Positions 29,181 to 39,747 are shown, numbered from the stretch's first letter. The stretch is DNA of 64,000 bases from Chthonomonadales bacterium (GCA_049967475.1 JBMFSQ010000001.1:253077-317076); one strand, 5' to 3'. Program-made: numbers and translations. Notes: generated from the letters alone by a model not told the origin.

Positions 29181-30053
29181 TCATGCCCCCAGAGCTCGGC
29201 GGACAAGTTCGGGGATGTCGTGGGTCGTTTCTGCTACAGGGACGCCGGCGGAATGGAGGGCTTCGACCTTTGCCTGGGGGGTTCCGGTCTTGCCGCTGAT
29301 GATGGCGCCGGCGTGGCCCATGCGCTTGCCGGGAGGAGCTGTGCGCCCGCCGATGAAGCCGATGACGGGCTTCGTCATCGTACGGATGTATTCGGCGGCG
29401 ATTTCTTCGTCGGAACCGCCGATCTCCCCAACCAGAACCACTGCCTTGGTCTGCGGATCTGCCTCGAACAGGGGCAAGACGTCGGCGAAGGTGGTACCCA
29501 GCATGGGGTCGCCGCCGATGCCGATGCAGGTGGATTGGCCGAAGCCGGCCCGGGTGAGCTCGTCTACGATTTCATACGTGAGGGTGCCTGAGCGGGACAC
29601 GAGCCCTATTGGGCCTGGTGTGAAGATGTCCCCGGGGAGGATGCCGATTTTGCATTTTCCGGGGGAGATGATGCCGGGGCAATTGGGGCCGATGAGGCGG
29701 GTTGAACCCATCTTCACCATGCGGCACACGAGGATCATGTCCTGGATGGGTATGCCCTCGGTGATGGCTACCACCACGTCCAAACGAGCGGAAGCAGCCT
29801 CTAAGATGGCGTCTGCGGCTGCGGGTGCCGGCACCATCACCATAGACGCATTGGCGCCCGTGGCTGCCACTGCCTCCTTCACCGTGTTGAAGATGGGCAG
29901 TCCGTGCTCGGATTGTGTCCCGCCCTTCCCTGCGCGCACTCCTCCTACCACCTGCGTTCCATAAGCCAGCATCTGTGCCGTGTGGAAGGAACCTTCCCGG
30001 CCCGTGATGCCCTGCACAATCACCTTCGTGTCCTGATCTACCAAGATGCTCAT
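29181..30053 (-). CDS. sucD: Succinyl-CoA synthetase alpha subunit
   Basis: [27 protein letters not shown] and RMGHAGAII (phospho-His). Confidence 0.96.
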   Translation of the reverse strand: MSILVDQDTKVIVQGITGREGSFHTAQMLAYGTQVVGGVRAGKGGTQSEHGLPIFNTVKEAVAATGANASMVMVPAPAAADAILEAASARLDVVVAITEGIPIQDMILVCRMVKMGSTRLIGPNCPGIISPGKCKIGILPGDIFTPGPIGLVSRSGTLTYEIVDELTRAGFGQSTCIGIGGDPMLGTTFADVLPLFEADPQTKAVVLVGEIGGSDEEIAAEYIRTMTKPVIGFIGGRTAPPGKRMGHAGAIISGKTGTPQAKVEALHSAGVPVAETTHDIPELVRRALGA

Positions 30054-30250
30054 GGGCATTATCCTCATCAAAGTCCGCTGCGCCGCGCCCACGCCATTAT
30101 ACCCGCCGCCTCGGGTATGCGGAGCGGCCGGCGAACATTCCTACTCCATTCGCGCCTGCGCGCCGCCTTCCGTGCCACAAGGCTCCCAGTGATCAGCATC
30201 GTGGGCCGTGCTGCATCCTGCTGAAGAGCATCGGCGATCACGCAGAAACC

Positions 30251-30280
30251 TGCAACATTGCGAACCGGTCGTTGTCTCAC
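30251..30280 (+). promoter_or_regulatory. Candidate ECF-sigma promoter upstream of anti-sigma gene
   Basis: TGCAAC-N16-TGTCTCAC about 46 nt before ATG 30327. Confidence 0.5.
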
Positions 30281-30326
30281 TTGCATGGATGGATGCTCAT
30301 CCAAATCCAGGCTAGGAGAAAGCCAG

Positions 30327-31355
30327 ATGTCTAGCTACAACCCAATTCAAGAGCCGCATCGCTTCGAGGAAGGCGACACCTGCGAACGAATGTGGCTGCT
30401 TCTCTCCGTTTATGCGGACGGGGAAGCGACCGATGAGGAGCGGGCGGAAGTAGAAGCCCACGTGGCGCAGTGCCGGGAGTGTTCCGAGGCTCTGGAGATG
30501 ATGCAGGCCAGTTCCATGGCGCTCGCGTCCGTTGCCGAAGTAGAACCTCCTGCCGAACTGCGCGCTTCGATCTTGGCCGCAACAGTGAACCGGCCGAGCC
30601 TGGCGGAACGCGTGGCTCAGCTTCTGCGCGTGCAGCCGGCCTTCCGGCAGATGCGCTACGCAGCCCTGGCTGGAGCTGGAGCCGCTGCAGCGATTGCGCT
30701 CACCGTGTTGGTGCGCCGTCCGGCGCCGATGACGCTGCGGGCCGTTCTAACCAATCGGCCACCAGTGATCATTTCCGAAGCTCCGGCTCAGCCCGCGCAG
30801 CCGCACCGCGTGGCAGTGGCGCCCAAACCCTTAAACCGGGTGCGCGTTGCGTCTTCGACTGCCACTCCGCTTCGGCCTGTGGCGCCGCGCAATCTGGTGG
30901 TCGCCCGAGTTGTGGAGCGGGAGGCCGCGAGGGATCGGCGCCTCGTTCCGGCGGCCGCGACTTCCAAGCATGCTGTTGCGCTCCCAAAGGTTGCATCGGC
31001 AGCGGGTTCCCTGCGCGTGAAGCCGGTGCTTGCTGGGCCGCACCATCCGGCGGTTGCTGAGCCCAATGTCACCGAGACCGACACGGTGGAGATGGCCAGC
31101 GCAACCGTAACGCCGGTGCCGGACAAGCTGGAGCCTGCTTCCGTCGCCACGCCGGATGTTGCGCGGCGGACTTCCGACACGACGCACATCACGCTTACAG
31201 CGTCGGCTTCCGGCATCCCAGTGGATCAGATCGCATCGCTGGCAACGATCAAGCAGAACCTGCGGCGGCAGCGTCCTAACTGGGATACGCCGGACGTGTC
31301 GCAGAGCATCAAGGACCGACAGATCCGGATTGACCTGATCCGGGGGACTTTCTGA
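30327..31355 (+). CDS. zf-HC2 (ZAS) anti-sigma factor with TM and Pro/Ala-rich extracytoplasmic tail
   Basis: CERMWLLLSVYADGE...HVAQCREC (HxxxCxxC), EPPAELRASIL and one TM; AGGAG RBS. Confidence 0.88.
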   Translation: MSSYNPIQEPHRFEEGDTCERMWLLLSVYADGEATDEERAEVEAHVAQCRECSEALEMMQASSMALASVAEVEPPAELRASILAATVNRPSLAERVAQLLRVQPAFRQMRYAALAGAGAAAAIALTVLVRRPAPMTLRAVLTNRPPVIISEAPAQPAQPHRVAVAPKPLNRVRVASSTATPLRPVAPRNLVVARVVEREAARDRRLVPAAATSKHAVALPKVASAAGSLRVKPVLAGPHHPAVAEPNVTETDTVEMASATVTPVPDKLEPASVATPDVARRTSDTTHITLTASASGIPVDQIASLATIKQNLRRQRPNWDTPDVSQSIKDRQIRIDLIRGTF

Positions 31356-31449
31356 ACCAAACGCCCATGAGGCCACACGCAATCGAGTGATCCAGGTACT
31401 GCAGATCTCGTACCCGTTGAGGGGTTGAGGGATCAAAGGAGCAGCAGCC

Positions 31450-34400
31450 ATGGCAACCACAAAAGCACTGCGCACGGCAACAGCGCTCGCGATGATCGCG
31501 GGCTTTTGCGCGTTTTCCGGGCGGACGGCGGCCCAGCTCGCCTCCCCACGGCTGGTGGAAACCGGTGGGGCGCAGAACCCCATTTTCGGGTCCGCATCGG
31601 AACGCCCAAGCTACATCGGCAAGAACGGCGAACCACTTTCAAGCGCGAAAGATTTCGTGGAAACGCTGCGCGGCAACGGCACGCGGGGAGGCTACCTGCT
31701 CTCTCACGGCGGCGTCATTCCGGAGAGCGTCCGTGTGTCCGTAAATGCCCGCACGCTCCTGCCGAATGTAGACTACTTTGTGGATGCGGCAAACGGCATG
31801 CTCGCCTTTACGGATCCCGTGTCCCGGTGGTCCTCAATCTGTGTGAGCTACACCTACGTGGAAGCTGCAGATGCCCAGCGCACGAGCTTCGCACCGCAAG
31901 GGCTCGCCCTCAATCTGCAGGGCACCTCACTCAACCTCGTCTATGGCATATCCAGCGACAAAGCACGAGGGCTCGATTTTACGACCTACGGCCTCTCCAT
32001 GAACAGCAGGCTGGGATCGGCGTCCGTGCTCAATGGGCTCTTCTATGTGAGCACGCCTGCCGCTACCAACAACAATCTCCTGGAGGATAGGGCCCACCGG
32101 CTGCTTCCGGTAACCCGGGCCGCCACGGCGAAAGATCTGGGGACCGATCACCTGATCGTCCAGAACCTGAACGTGAAGTCCGGACGGGCGAATTTCCGGG
32201 TTACGTACCAAGATGTCGGCGCCCAATTCAACGGCTTCCAGGCGCTGCAACAATCGAATATCGGCAGAGCGGATGTGCTGGCCCAATTGGCGACGCTGCA
32301 GAAAGAGAAAGGCATCCAGCGCCTAGGCTTCGGCGGGGGGCTCAGCCTTTCTCGGTCCGACGGTCTCACCATGGACTGGAGCACCATCAATGACAAGAAG
32401 GGGCAGATTCTGCAGCAATCCTTGGGATACACCGGCAAGGCGCTCAACTTCAGCTATACCAGTCGCGCAGTGACCGAAGGGTTCACGCGCTTCAACGATT
32501 TGAGCGAGAACGACCGGGTTCAATGGGCCCATGAACGGGGAATGCATCGGGACGCTCTGGCGCTGAACATGGGCGTTGGTAAGGGCGGGTCGTTCGCCTT
32601 CGACCAGATGGGCGTGGGCGACAAATCAGGTGGTCTTCAGCGGCAATCCTTCGCCATCAGCGGGAAGGGGTTCAGTTTCTCGCTGGTGAACCGCTCGGCC
32701 GATACGAAGTTTGGGCGCATCGCCGACTTGAGTGACGCGGATAAGACCCTCCTTGCGCTGGACATCCATCGCCAATTCGATCCGAATGCGCAGGCAGGAT
32801 CGGTGAGCCCTGTGGATAAGCAGCAACTTGCTCTTGATGCCGGCCTGAACCGCAGTGTTCTTTCGCTCACTTCCGCCCTCGGCAAGCAGGGCGCCCTGGG
32901 GTTCCAGAGCTTCGGAATTGATGACGGCAAAGGAGCCATCACCCGTCGGTCCCTCAGCCTTACCATGAAGGGCTTCACGGTGCTCAATTGGACCGACCAA
33001 ACCATATCGGACAGCTTCTCGCGCTTGGCCAATCTCTCCAATCTGGAGCGCTCGCAGTTTGCCAATGAGCGCGGCATCCATCGCACGTCTCTAGCTCTAA
33101 ACCTGCCGCTGAGCAAAGCGTCCATGTTCGCGTTCTCTCAGCTCGGTGTGAGCGACCGGACGGCAGGGTTCACGCGCCAGAGTTTCACTTATGCGAGCAA
33201 GAACCTAGCATTCAACCTGAACCTTGCAAGCACCGATAAGAACTTCTCTCGCGTTCAGGATCTCGCCATGGCTCCGGCGGAGCGTAACGCCATCGAGGCG
33301 GAGCGCGGTTTCAAGCGCATGGACTTTTCGGCTCATATCGCTGCCATCAAGGGCCTTACCTTTGACACGTACAACTATGACGCCAGCAACGCTCATGATC
33401 GGTTGTCCCGTTCCATCTTTCGGCACAACCTCGTCTGGAACTTGGGCCGGGCGAGTGTCCTCAATTTCCTATCTGAAGGATCCAGCAGTGCATCGGCCGG
33501 CCGGGTAGTGGACGGGCACCAGCATGAATTGATTTCGCTCGATCATACCTTCCGCGGTAACTTCAAAGTGAACCTCTTCCACGACACTCTGGCAACCGTT
33601 TCGGGTAGCCATAACGCCGTAACAACCACGACGGACTACCTGCGGCTCGAGACGCCGGTCTTGATGAAACGGGCGTCGTTACTTGGTGAGATCAAGCGGG
33701 CCCATGCGACGAACGGCTCTTTTGAGAACACTACCCATCTCAACATGAACTACGTTGCTTCCAAGACGATGTCCTTGCGGTATGAGACGCTGAGGATTGA
33801 TCGGGGAAAGGATCCTTCCGCGAACACAGACACCTTGGAGATGAAGTGGGCGGTGTCCAAGTCTCTCAACTTCGCCGGAACCGTGTCGGACACGCACACC
33901 AACAACCACACAGACGTTCATTCGCGCGCCTTCTCTTTGAGCGGACCGCTTACCCGGGACCTCAATTTCGCGGGCACCTATACCCAAGTGCAGCAGGAGG
34001 GTGTCCATAATGTGCGAACCGTATCGGATTTCGCTGTAAGCAACGCCCGGCCTCTCAATGTGCTGGGTCTGCGCCAGGTGACGTTCACGGGGAAGTATGC
34101 GGGCATCAGCGATCACAGCAAGCAGCAGAGCGAAGTGGCGACGGGCGCCATCCACGGCTTCCTCGGGAAGAACGAACTCAGCTTCGAGTACGGCGGCAGC
34201 CTAGATCCCAAGGGGAACTCGGCTGTGTCCCGGTCGTTCACCTTCGTGAGCGATCGCAATCCAAAGCTGCCGTATCACTTCGATTTGATGTACAAGGCTC
34301 TGAACTTCAACCGAAGCAACCTTCAGCTTGTACGAAAATACAACTTCGCGCTGAGGCTTGATAAGGTTACCGAGGCAACGTTCACCTATACATCGCTTCC

Positions 34401-34770
34401 GCAGCAGCCGAACGGACAGATGCTGCCCACGGCTTCCACCGTGTTCGCACTGCACCGCGACCTTTCCAAGACGATGAAGTTCACGGTGGATTACACTTCT
34501 ACCACAGACTTTGCCCGCAGGACGCTGCTGCAGAAGCTCGCGGCCTCCGTCAACGGCAAGATTGACAAGCTCTCCGCCGTTCAGGTTGGATACGGCTACG
34601 ACGTGAACTCGCAGCCGGGGAGCCACTACGCCGGGCACACCATCCGCGTGTCGTACGATCATCAAGTAGACGCCGATCATTACCTGTCGCTGGGTACCGC
34701 CTACACCGTATATGAGGGCGCTCAGCGCAACGGCGTTGAGGCTGACGTAGCCCTGAAGACCCGCTTCTAA
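31450..34770 (+). CDS. Large secreted protein, probable outer-membrane beta-barrel with internal repeats
   Basis: Signal peptide, many amphipathic beta-strand patterns, C-terminal Phe (ALKTRF) and AAGGAG RBS; CDS is clear, barrel call is inference. Confidence 0.75.
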   Translation: MATTKALRTATALAMIAGFCAFSGRTAAQLASPRLVETGGAQNPIFGSASERPSYIGKNGEPLSSAKDFVETLRGNGTRGGYLLSHGGVIPESVRVSVNARTLLPNVDYFVDAANGMLAFTDPVSRWSSICVSYTYVEAADAQRTSFAPQGLALNLQGTSLNLVYGISSDKARGLDFTTYGLSMNSRLGSASVLNGLFYVSTPAATNNNLLEDRAHRLLPVTRAATAKDLGTDHLIVQNLNVKSGRANFRVTYQDVGAQFNGFQALQQSNIGRADVLAQLATLQKEKGIQRLGFGGGLSLSRSDGLTMDWSTINDKKGQILQQSLGYTGKALNFSYTSRAVTEGFTRFNDLSENDRVQWAHERGMHRDALALNMGVGKGGSFAFDQMGVGDKSGGLQRQSFAISGKGFSFSLVNRSADTKFGRIADLSDADKTLLALDIHRQFDPNAQAGSVSPVDKQQLALDAGLNRSVLSLTSALGKQGALGFQSFGIDDGKGAITRRSLSLTMKGFTVLNWTDQTISDSFSRLANLSNLERSQFANERGIHRTSLALNLPLSKASMFAFSQLGVSDRTAGFTRQSFTYASKNLAFNLNLASTDKNFSRVQDLAMAPAERNAIEAERGFKRMDFSAHIAAIKGLTFDTYNYDASNAHDRLSRSIFRHNLVWNLGRASVLNFLSEGSSSASAGRVVDGHQHELISLDHTFRGNFKVNLFHDTLATVSGSHNAVTTTTDYLRLETPVLMKRASLLGEIKRAHATNGSFENTTHLNMNYVASKTMSLRYETLRIDRGKDPSANTDTLEMKWAVSKSLNFAGTVSDTHTNNHTDVHSRAFSLSGPLTRDLNFAGTYTQVQQEGVHNVRTVSDFAVSNARPLNVLGLRQVTFTGKYAGISDHSKQQSEVATGAIHGFLGKNELSFEYGGSLDPKGNSAVSRSFTFVSDRNPKLPYHFDLMYKALNFNRSNLQLVRKYNFALRLDKVTEATFTYTSLPQQPNGQMLPTASTVFALHRDLSKTMKFTVDYTSTTDFARRTLLQKLAASVNGKIDKLSAVQVGYGYDVNSQPGSHYAGHTIRVSYDHQVDADHYLSLGTAYTVYEGAQRNGVEADVALKTRF
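32191..33340 (+). repeat. About five degenerate ~75-100 aa protein repeats within the large ORF
   Basis: Recurring F-x2-[FLIV]-x2-L...[ED]-x-G-x2-R unit, e.g. FTRFNDL..HERGMHR, FSRLANL..NERGIHR, FSRVQDL..AERGFKR. Confidence 0.75.
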
Positions 34771-34948
34771 TCGGTCCCACCCTCTCCTTACGCGTTCGAC
34801 CGCATTAGTGCAACGCACGCAGATCAAGTTAGTGCATCCGACTCAATTCTCCGCCGAAGTCCCGTCCCCCTTTTAGCCTCTCGCTCGCGCATAGCGGTCT
34901 CCCGTTCCTCGCATGCATCATGCCAGGGTCCCGGGCGGTTGCAAAGGC

Positions 34949-34989
34949 AAAAAAACAGCCCGTTGGCGCGCTTTGTGACCTTCGGGCTG
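34949..34989 (-). terminator. Probable intrinsic terminator of the second DUF1559 gene
   Basis: Minus strand CAGCCCG...CGGGCTG followed by T7, about 30 nt after the stop. Confidence 0.6.
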
Positions 34990-35019
34990 CGGTGAGGATG
35001 ACACCCGAGAGAAGCGGTT

Positions 35020-35922
35020 CTAATCCGGCGGATTGGCCAGAGGGAAGCGCACGCGGTGATCCGGATATTGGTCCAGGCGCGCCCTGCTCCAGCGAAGCCA
35101 CTTTACGTGGCCATCTTCGTAGATGTAATTGGCCCCGCCATTATGGCGGTCGTATTTGATCCACCCCTGGTCGGCATACTTGCCCGATCCCCACCGCACG
35201 AGCGCGGCTTCGCCCGGCCATGTGTCGTAATCGTCCTGGGGCACGTACGCAAAGCTCGATGCCGGATCATCCAATGCAACGGAGTTCCGTTCCGAGAACA
35301 TGATGATGTTGGGGTCGGGGAGTGCGCCGATTACCGCGTCCGTTGCGAAGCCTGGGAGCACGCCCTCCATGGCGTACCGGCAGCTCTTGTGAGTGAAGAT
35401 GGAATTAAGGAGGTAATTCCACATGGCCCAACCGTGCATCTCGGCTTGGCACTGTTCGCCGTTGGGCGCAGCGGAGCATTCCTGGCCAATCTCGGTGATG
35501 CCTCCGTTATAGCTCCAGATATCCGTGGAGAGCTTCGGTGATCGAGGCGCTGGATCAGAAGGACAGAAGGCAACCAATCGGCTCTTCATATAGGGTTGGA
35601 AGAAGATGGCCCACGGCTTCTCGGCGTTGCTGTTGCCCATGCCGCCGCCAACGCACCCGTCTACGGAGGAAGGGAGCGAAGGAAGCTGGGTGCCGTCGTC
35701 CAAGACCCAGCCTTCGTGATGGTGATAGAGCGCTCCGTCGTTATCTTCCATGTACATGCGGGCAGCCAGACCGATTTGCTTTTCGTTGGAGAGGCACATG
35801 GTGCGGCGCGCCGCTTCCCGCGCTTGGGCGAATACGGGGAAGAGGATCGCGGCCAAGATAGCAATCACCGCGATGACGACGAGCAGCTCGATGAGCGTAA
35901 AGGCCTTCGGTTGTGTTTGCAT
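35020..35922 (-). CDS. DUF1559-type prepilin with canonical H-X9-DG motif
   Basis: [43 protein letters not shown] and [15 protein letters not shown]. Confidence 0.92.
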   Translation of the reverse strand: MQTQPKAFTLIELLVVIAVIAILAAILFPVFAQAREAARRTMCLSNEKQIGLAARMYMEDNDGALYHHHEGWVLDDGTQLPSLPSSVDGCVGGGMGNSNAEKPWAIFFQPYMKSRLVAFCPSDPAPRSPKLSTDIWSYNGGITEIGQECSAAPNGEQCQAEMHGWAMWNYLLNSIFTHKSCRYAMEGVLPGFATDAVIGALPDPNIIMFSERNSVALDDPASSFAYVPQDDYDTWPGEAALVRWGSGKYADQGWIKYDRHNGGANYIYEDGHVKWLRWSRARLDQYPDHRVRFPLANPPD

Positions 35923-35969
35923 GCTGGATCCTTTCTATGATGGATGAGCCTGAGTGGCGCCTCCGTGAG

Positions 35970-35999
35970 ATTGTAGCACATAACAGGAAAACGTGGCAC
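35970..35999 (-). promoter_or_regulatory. Candidate extended -10 sigma70 promoter for DUF1559 gene
   Basis: GTGCCA-N18-TACAAT with TG extension on the minus strand, about 48 nt before ATG. Confidence 0.5.
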
Positions 36000-36062
36000 G
36001 ACCCTCTGGGGATGGATAACAGCCGGGCACGATGGTTACGGCGCATGAATACGAAAAGATGC

Positions 36063-36091
36063 TTGACGGACGGGCGATGACCTGTTACAAT
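36063..36091 (+). promoter_or_regulatory. Near-consensus sigma70 promoter
   Basis: TTGACG-N17-TACAAT with extended TG. Confidence 0.7.
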
Positions 36092-36414
36092 ACACAGGTA
36101 TGAAGAGAGCGACCGGACATGCGCCGTTGGAGCGCGATACGAGTGCGGCGCGCTCAAAACGATGGAGTGGCACTCGCGACAGGACAGGGAGGCGGCGGCG
36201 GTTTGGCAGTTGGACCGGCAGCGGTCGCAGGCGCTGGTTCATCGCAGTGCCTGGCATAGCGCCGCATCTCACACAAGGCAGTTGGGCGATATCGAGGCCT
36301 TGACAGGGCTCGGTATGCCTAATGCGCAGGAGGTGCCCGCCGTACAACAGCTTCCATAACAGGTTTCGTGTACGTCAATGCAGACGGCAGTTCCCTCGAC
36401 TGGAGATGGAAGCG

Positions 36415-36630
36415 ATGTGGAAGCAACCGGAGAATGACCAGTTTGTGGATGAGCTCTACCTGGCGGGGGAGCGTGTTCCGCCGGGAACCTATCGGCAGGT
36501 GGGGGGTGGCCGTGAGGTGCGCCTGGAGCAACCGGACTATCTGCCGGCCAGCCTTGACGGCCGCGTAGCCTGTTACACCCGGGTAACGAACACCTGGAGC
36601 CAGATTACCCGCCAGAGCCAGGCCGCATGA
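36415..36630 (+). CDS. Small protein (71 aa), YjzC-like pattern
   Basis: GGAG RBS; AGERVPPGTYRQVGGGREVRL...LP resembles YjzC (GE..P..G.Y..V...V......LP). Confidence 0.65.
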   Translation: MWKQPENDQFVDELYLAGERVPPGTYRQVGGGREVRLEQPDYLPASLDGRVACYTRVTNTWSQITRQSQAA

Positions 36631-36658
36631 GGCCGCAAGAAGCCGGAATTCTCAGAAA

Positions 36659-36687
36659 GGGGCCGAGGTGCGAGATGCCTCGGCCCC
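36659..36687. terminator. Stem-loop between convergent genes
   Basis: GGGGCCGAGG / CCTCGGCCCC 10-bp perfect stem. Confidence 0.6.
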
Positions 36688-36744
36688 AATTTCGCGTGTT
36701 TCCACAAAGCGCGCCCTGGCGGCATTCGCCGGTGTGATGGGGGA

Positions 36745-37848
36745 CTAATCCCACGCGCCGGTCGTCTCTAAATCCGGAGCTAGGGGCGCCGGGCGATCGC
36801 AACGGCTGGGCACCGAATAGTGAGATCCGGTGAAGGAGGCATCCAGAATTCCCTCCATCACGTCCAGCACATGGTACGCCAGATCTCCGCTTGCTCGATG
36901 AGGCCGCCCAGCGCGTATGCCGGCAGCCATGTCCAGCACGCCGATGCCCCGAGCGTTGTAGGTGAAGCCGTGCGTTGCCGGAACTTGGGACCACTGGCCG
37001 GTATTGCGGCGCCACACTTTGGCCTCGCCTCCGAAGCCGTTTGGGTCCGTAAGAACGAGTGTCCCTTCTGTGCCGTAAATCTCGATGCCTGGGGTAGTGG
37101 AGACCCACACATCGAAGCTGGTGACGAGGGTAGCGATTGGACCTGCGGCGAACTGCAGTACTCCGGCGATATGAGTAGGCGTCTCCACCTGAATCACTTG
37201 GCCGCGCCGGGCTTCGCTGGTTATGACGCGTTGCGGGAAGGTGGTTCCGGCGATGCCGGTTACGCGTGCCACCGGGCCCAAAAGCGACACGAGGGCCGTG
37301 AGGTAATAGGGGCCCATATCCATAAGGGGGCCGCCCCCGGGCTTGTAGTAGAATTCCGGATCCGGATGCCATGCCTCGTGCCCATGGCACAGCATGAATG
37401 CCGTTGCACCAACGGGTTCTCCGATGGCGCCGCCGTCCAGGAGTTGCCTGCACGTTTGGAGGCCGCCTCCCAGGAACGTGTCGGGTGCGCATCCGACGCG
37501 CAAGCCCCTGCGCGCGGCTTCTTGCAGAATGTCGCGGCCCAGTGCGCGTGTCGCCGCGAGGGGCTTTTCCGAATAAACGTGTTTGCCGGCGCGGAGGGCA
37601 GCCAGCGACACTTCCGCGTGAGCGCGCGGAATGGTAAGGTTCAGGACCAACTCGATCTGCGGATCCGCCAGCAAGTCCGAAACAGGGCAGCTTTTTGGGA
37701 TGTCGTGAGCGGCTGCCTTAGCGGCGGCACGTTCGGGAAGCAGGTCCGAACACGCCACAACCTCCAAGAGCGGTGACGACCGACAGTTGCGCAGGTAAAC
37801 GTCGCTAATGTTTCCGCACCCGATTACGCCGACTTTGAGCGGTTGCAT
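36745..37848 (-). CDS. Gfo/Idh/MocA family oxidoreductase
   Basis: [21 protein letters not shown] and [12 protein letters not shown]; start at MQPLK. Confidence 0.92.
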   Translation of the reverse strand: MQPLKVGVIGCGNISDVYLRNCRSSPLLEVVACSDLLPERAAAKAAAHDIPKSCPVSDLLADPQIELVLNLTIPRAHAEVSLAALRAGKHVYSEKPLAATRALGRDILQEAARRGLRVGCAPDTFLGGGLQTCRQLLDGGAIGEPVGATAFMLCHGHEAWHPDPEFYYKPGGGPLMDMGPYYLTALVSLLGPVARVTGIAGTTFPQRVITSEARRGQVIQVETPTHIAGVLQFAAGPIATLVTSFDVWVSTTPGIEIYGTEGTLVLTDPNGFGGEAKVWRRNTGQWSQVPATHGFTYNARGIGVLDMAAGIRAGRPHRASGDLAYHVLDVMEGILDASFTGSHYSVPSRCDRPAPLAPDLETTGAWD

Positions 37849-38095
37849 GGGCTGCTCCTCGCAAAAGCACGCAGGCAAAATCCTGGCGCGCCCGGTTGTG
37901 CGCTGGGTACTCGGCATCGCGCATTCCATAAACGATTCTTGTTGGAGCCGTCCGGATCCTGCCTGTGCAGAGGAAGGACCGAAGGAATCCGAGCCGGCGC
38001 TTGCGAAATGCACTCCGCACGTACTGTGCTCGTTGAGGGAGTGCCGTATGGCGGGAGGGACTATGCAGCGCGTGACGGCAAAGGGAGGTCGAGTG

Positions 38096-39682
38096 ATGCG
38101 GGTGTTGGAGGCGGGTATTGCGGCAGCACTGCTGCTGATGGCCCTGTGGGGGTGCGGGCACAAGCGCGGAATGCCGACGGAGAATGTGCTGCGCTATGCC
38201 CTGCAGACCAACCCTACTCAACTCGATCCGGCCGCCGTGGAGGATGGCGATACGATAGACCTCCTCATGCAGATCTTTGAAGGATTGGTCCAATGGAATG
38301 AGCGCAACGAAATCGTGCCGAACATTGCCACGTCCTGGGACGTGTCGTCGGACGGGCGCACCTATACCTTCCATCTGCGTAAGGATGTGCGCTTTCACAA
38401 TGGGCGCCCCGTAACCGCAGCGGACTTTGTGTACAGCCTAACACGAGCGCTCCTGCCGGCCACAAAGTCCGGCACGGCATCCACGTACCTCAACGATATC
38501 ACAGGCGCACAGGCCGTCCTTGCCGGCAAGACGACCGTTCTGAGCGGAGTGAAGGCGCTGGATGACCACACTCTGCGCATCACACTGGCCCATCGCGCGC
38601 CCTACTTCCTGGGCAAGCTTACCTACCCCACAGCCTACGTGGTGTGCCGGGAGGCAATCGAAGGCAACGGGGGCCGGTTCGATGAACACACGATGATCGG
38701 CACAGGACCGTTCAAGTTGGCATCTTATCAGCCCGGGTATGCCGTTACGCTCACAGCGAACCCCGATTATCACGGGGGACCGCCCCGTTTGGCCGGGATA
38801 CGCCGACCGATCCTGCCCGACTCCACTGCTCGGCAGACCGCTTATGAAAGCGGTGAGACCGACATCACGGACGTGCAGCTTGGGGATCTGGATCGTATCC
38901 GCAAGGACCCTGAGCTGAGCCGCCAGCTCCATGAATACGCGCGCCCGGCAATCTGGTATTTGGCTCTGAACCAGCAGGCTTTTCCTCCGTTTCGGGACCG
39001 TCGGGTTCGCCAGGCTTTTGCCTATGCGATTGATAAGGACGAGGTGGTACGCATCGCCCTCAAAGGAACCGTTCAAAAGGCCGCCGGCATCGTGCCCCCC
39101 GGAGTGCCGGGCTATGATCCCACCTACCGCGGCTTGGAGTACAATCCGCGCAAGGCACAGCAACTTCTTGCCGAGGCCGGATATCCCGGAGGGCGCGGCT
39201 TCCCTCGCCTTGTAATCTCGTACCGCCAGGGATACAAACAGATCGAAGATGCGGTGCTGGTGATGCGCGAGGATCTCAAACGGAACCTCGGCATTGATGT
39301 GGGCACTCAGCAGGTGGAATGGGCGCAATTCCTCACTCAGCGCGCCAATGGGTCCATGGCTTGCTACCACCTGCGCTGGATGGCGGATTATCTGGATCCG
39401 CAGGACTTTCTTTCCCTCATGCTTCACACGGGTGCGCGGGAGAACACTCTTGGCTACAGCAATCGGGAATTTGACCGGCTGTGTGACCAAGCAGACGTCG
39501 AAGCGGATCCCAGAAAGCGCATCGAACTGTATCGGAAGGCCGAGCGCCTCGCCGTAGAGGATGCGCCCTGGGTATGCCTCTACTTCCAGCATGATCTGGA
39601 GCTGCAGAAGCCCTACGTAAAGGGCATACGAGATTGCCTCATGGGGCACCTGCCGCGGACCACCGTTACGGTAAACCGGTAA
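38096..39682 (+). CDS. Peptide ABC transporter substrate-binding lipoprotein (SBP family 5)
   Basis: LWGC lipobox, [28 protein letters not shown] and [17 protein letters not shown]. Confidence 0.92.
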   Translation: MRVLEAGIAAALLLMALWGCGHKRGMPTENVLRYALQTNPTQLDPAAVEDGDTIDLLMQIFEGLVQWNERNEIVPNIATSWDVSSDGRTYTFHLRKDVRFHNGRPVTAADFVYSLTRALLPATKSGTASTYLNDITGAQAVLAGKTTVLSGVKALDDHTLRITLAHRAPYFLGKLTYPTAYVVCREAIEGNGGRFDEHTMIGTGPFKLASYQPGYAVTLTANPDYHGGPPRLAGIRRPILPDSTARQTAYESGETDITDVQLGDLDRIRKDPELSRQLHEYARPAIWYLALNQQAFPPFRDRRVRQAFAYAIDKDEVVRIALKGTVQKAAGIVPPGVPGYDPTYRGLEYNPRKAQQLLAEAGYPGGRGFPRLVISYRQGYKQIEDAVLVMREDLKRNLGIDVGTQQVEWAQFLTQRANGSMACYHLRWMADYLDPQDFLSLMLHTGARENTLGYSNREFDRLCDQADVEADPRKRIELYRKAERLAVEDAPWVCLYFQHDLELQKPYVKGIRDCLMGHLPRTTVTVNR

Positions 39683-39747
39683 GGGGGCAGGCTTAGCCCG
39701 GCTGCGGGATGTCCTTCATTGTGTTCCGTTCACGCCAGCGCGGCTCG

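Noticed and set aside
34805..34836. Direct repeat TTAGTGCA x2 after the large barrel gene
   Set aside because: Only 8 bp, lies between convergent genes, and has no other support
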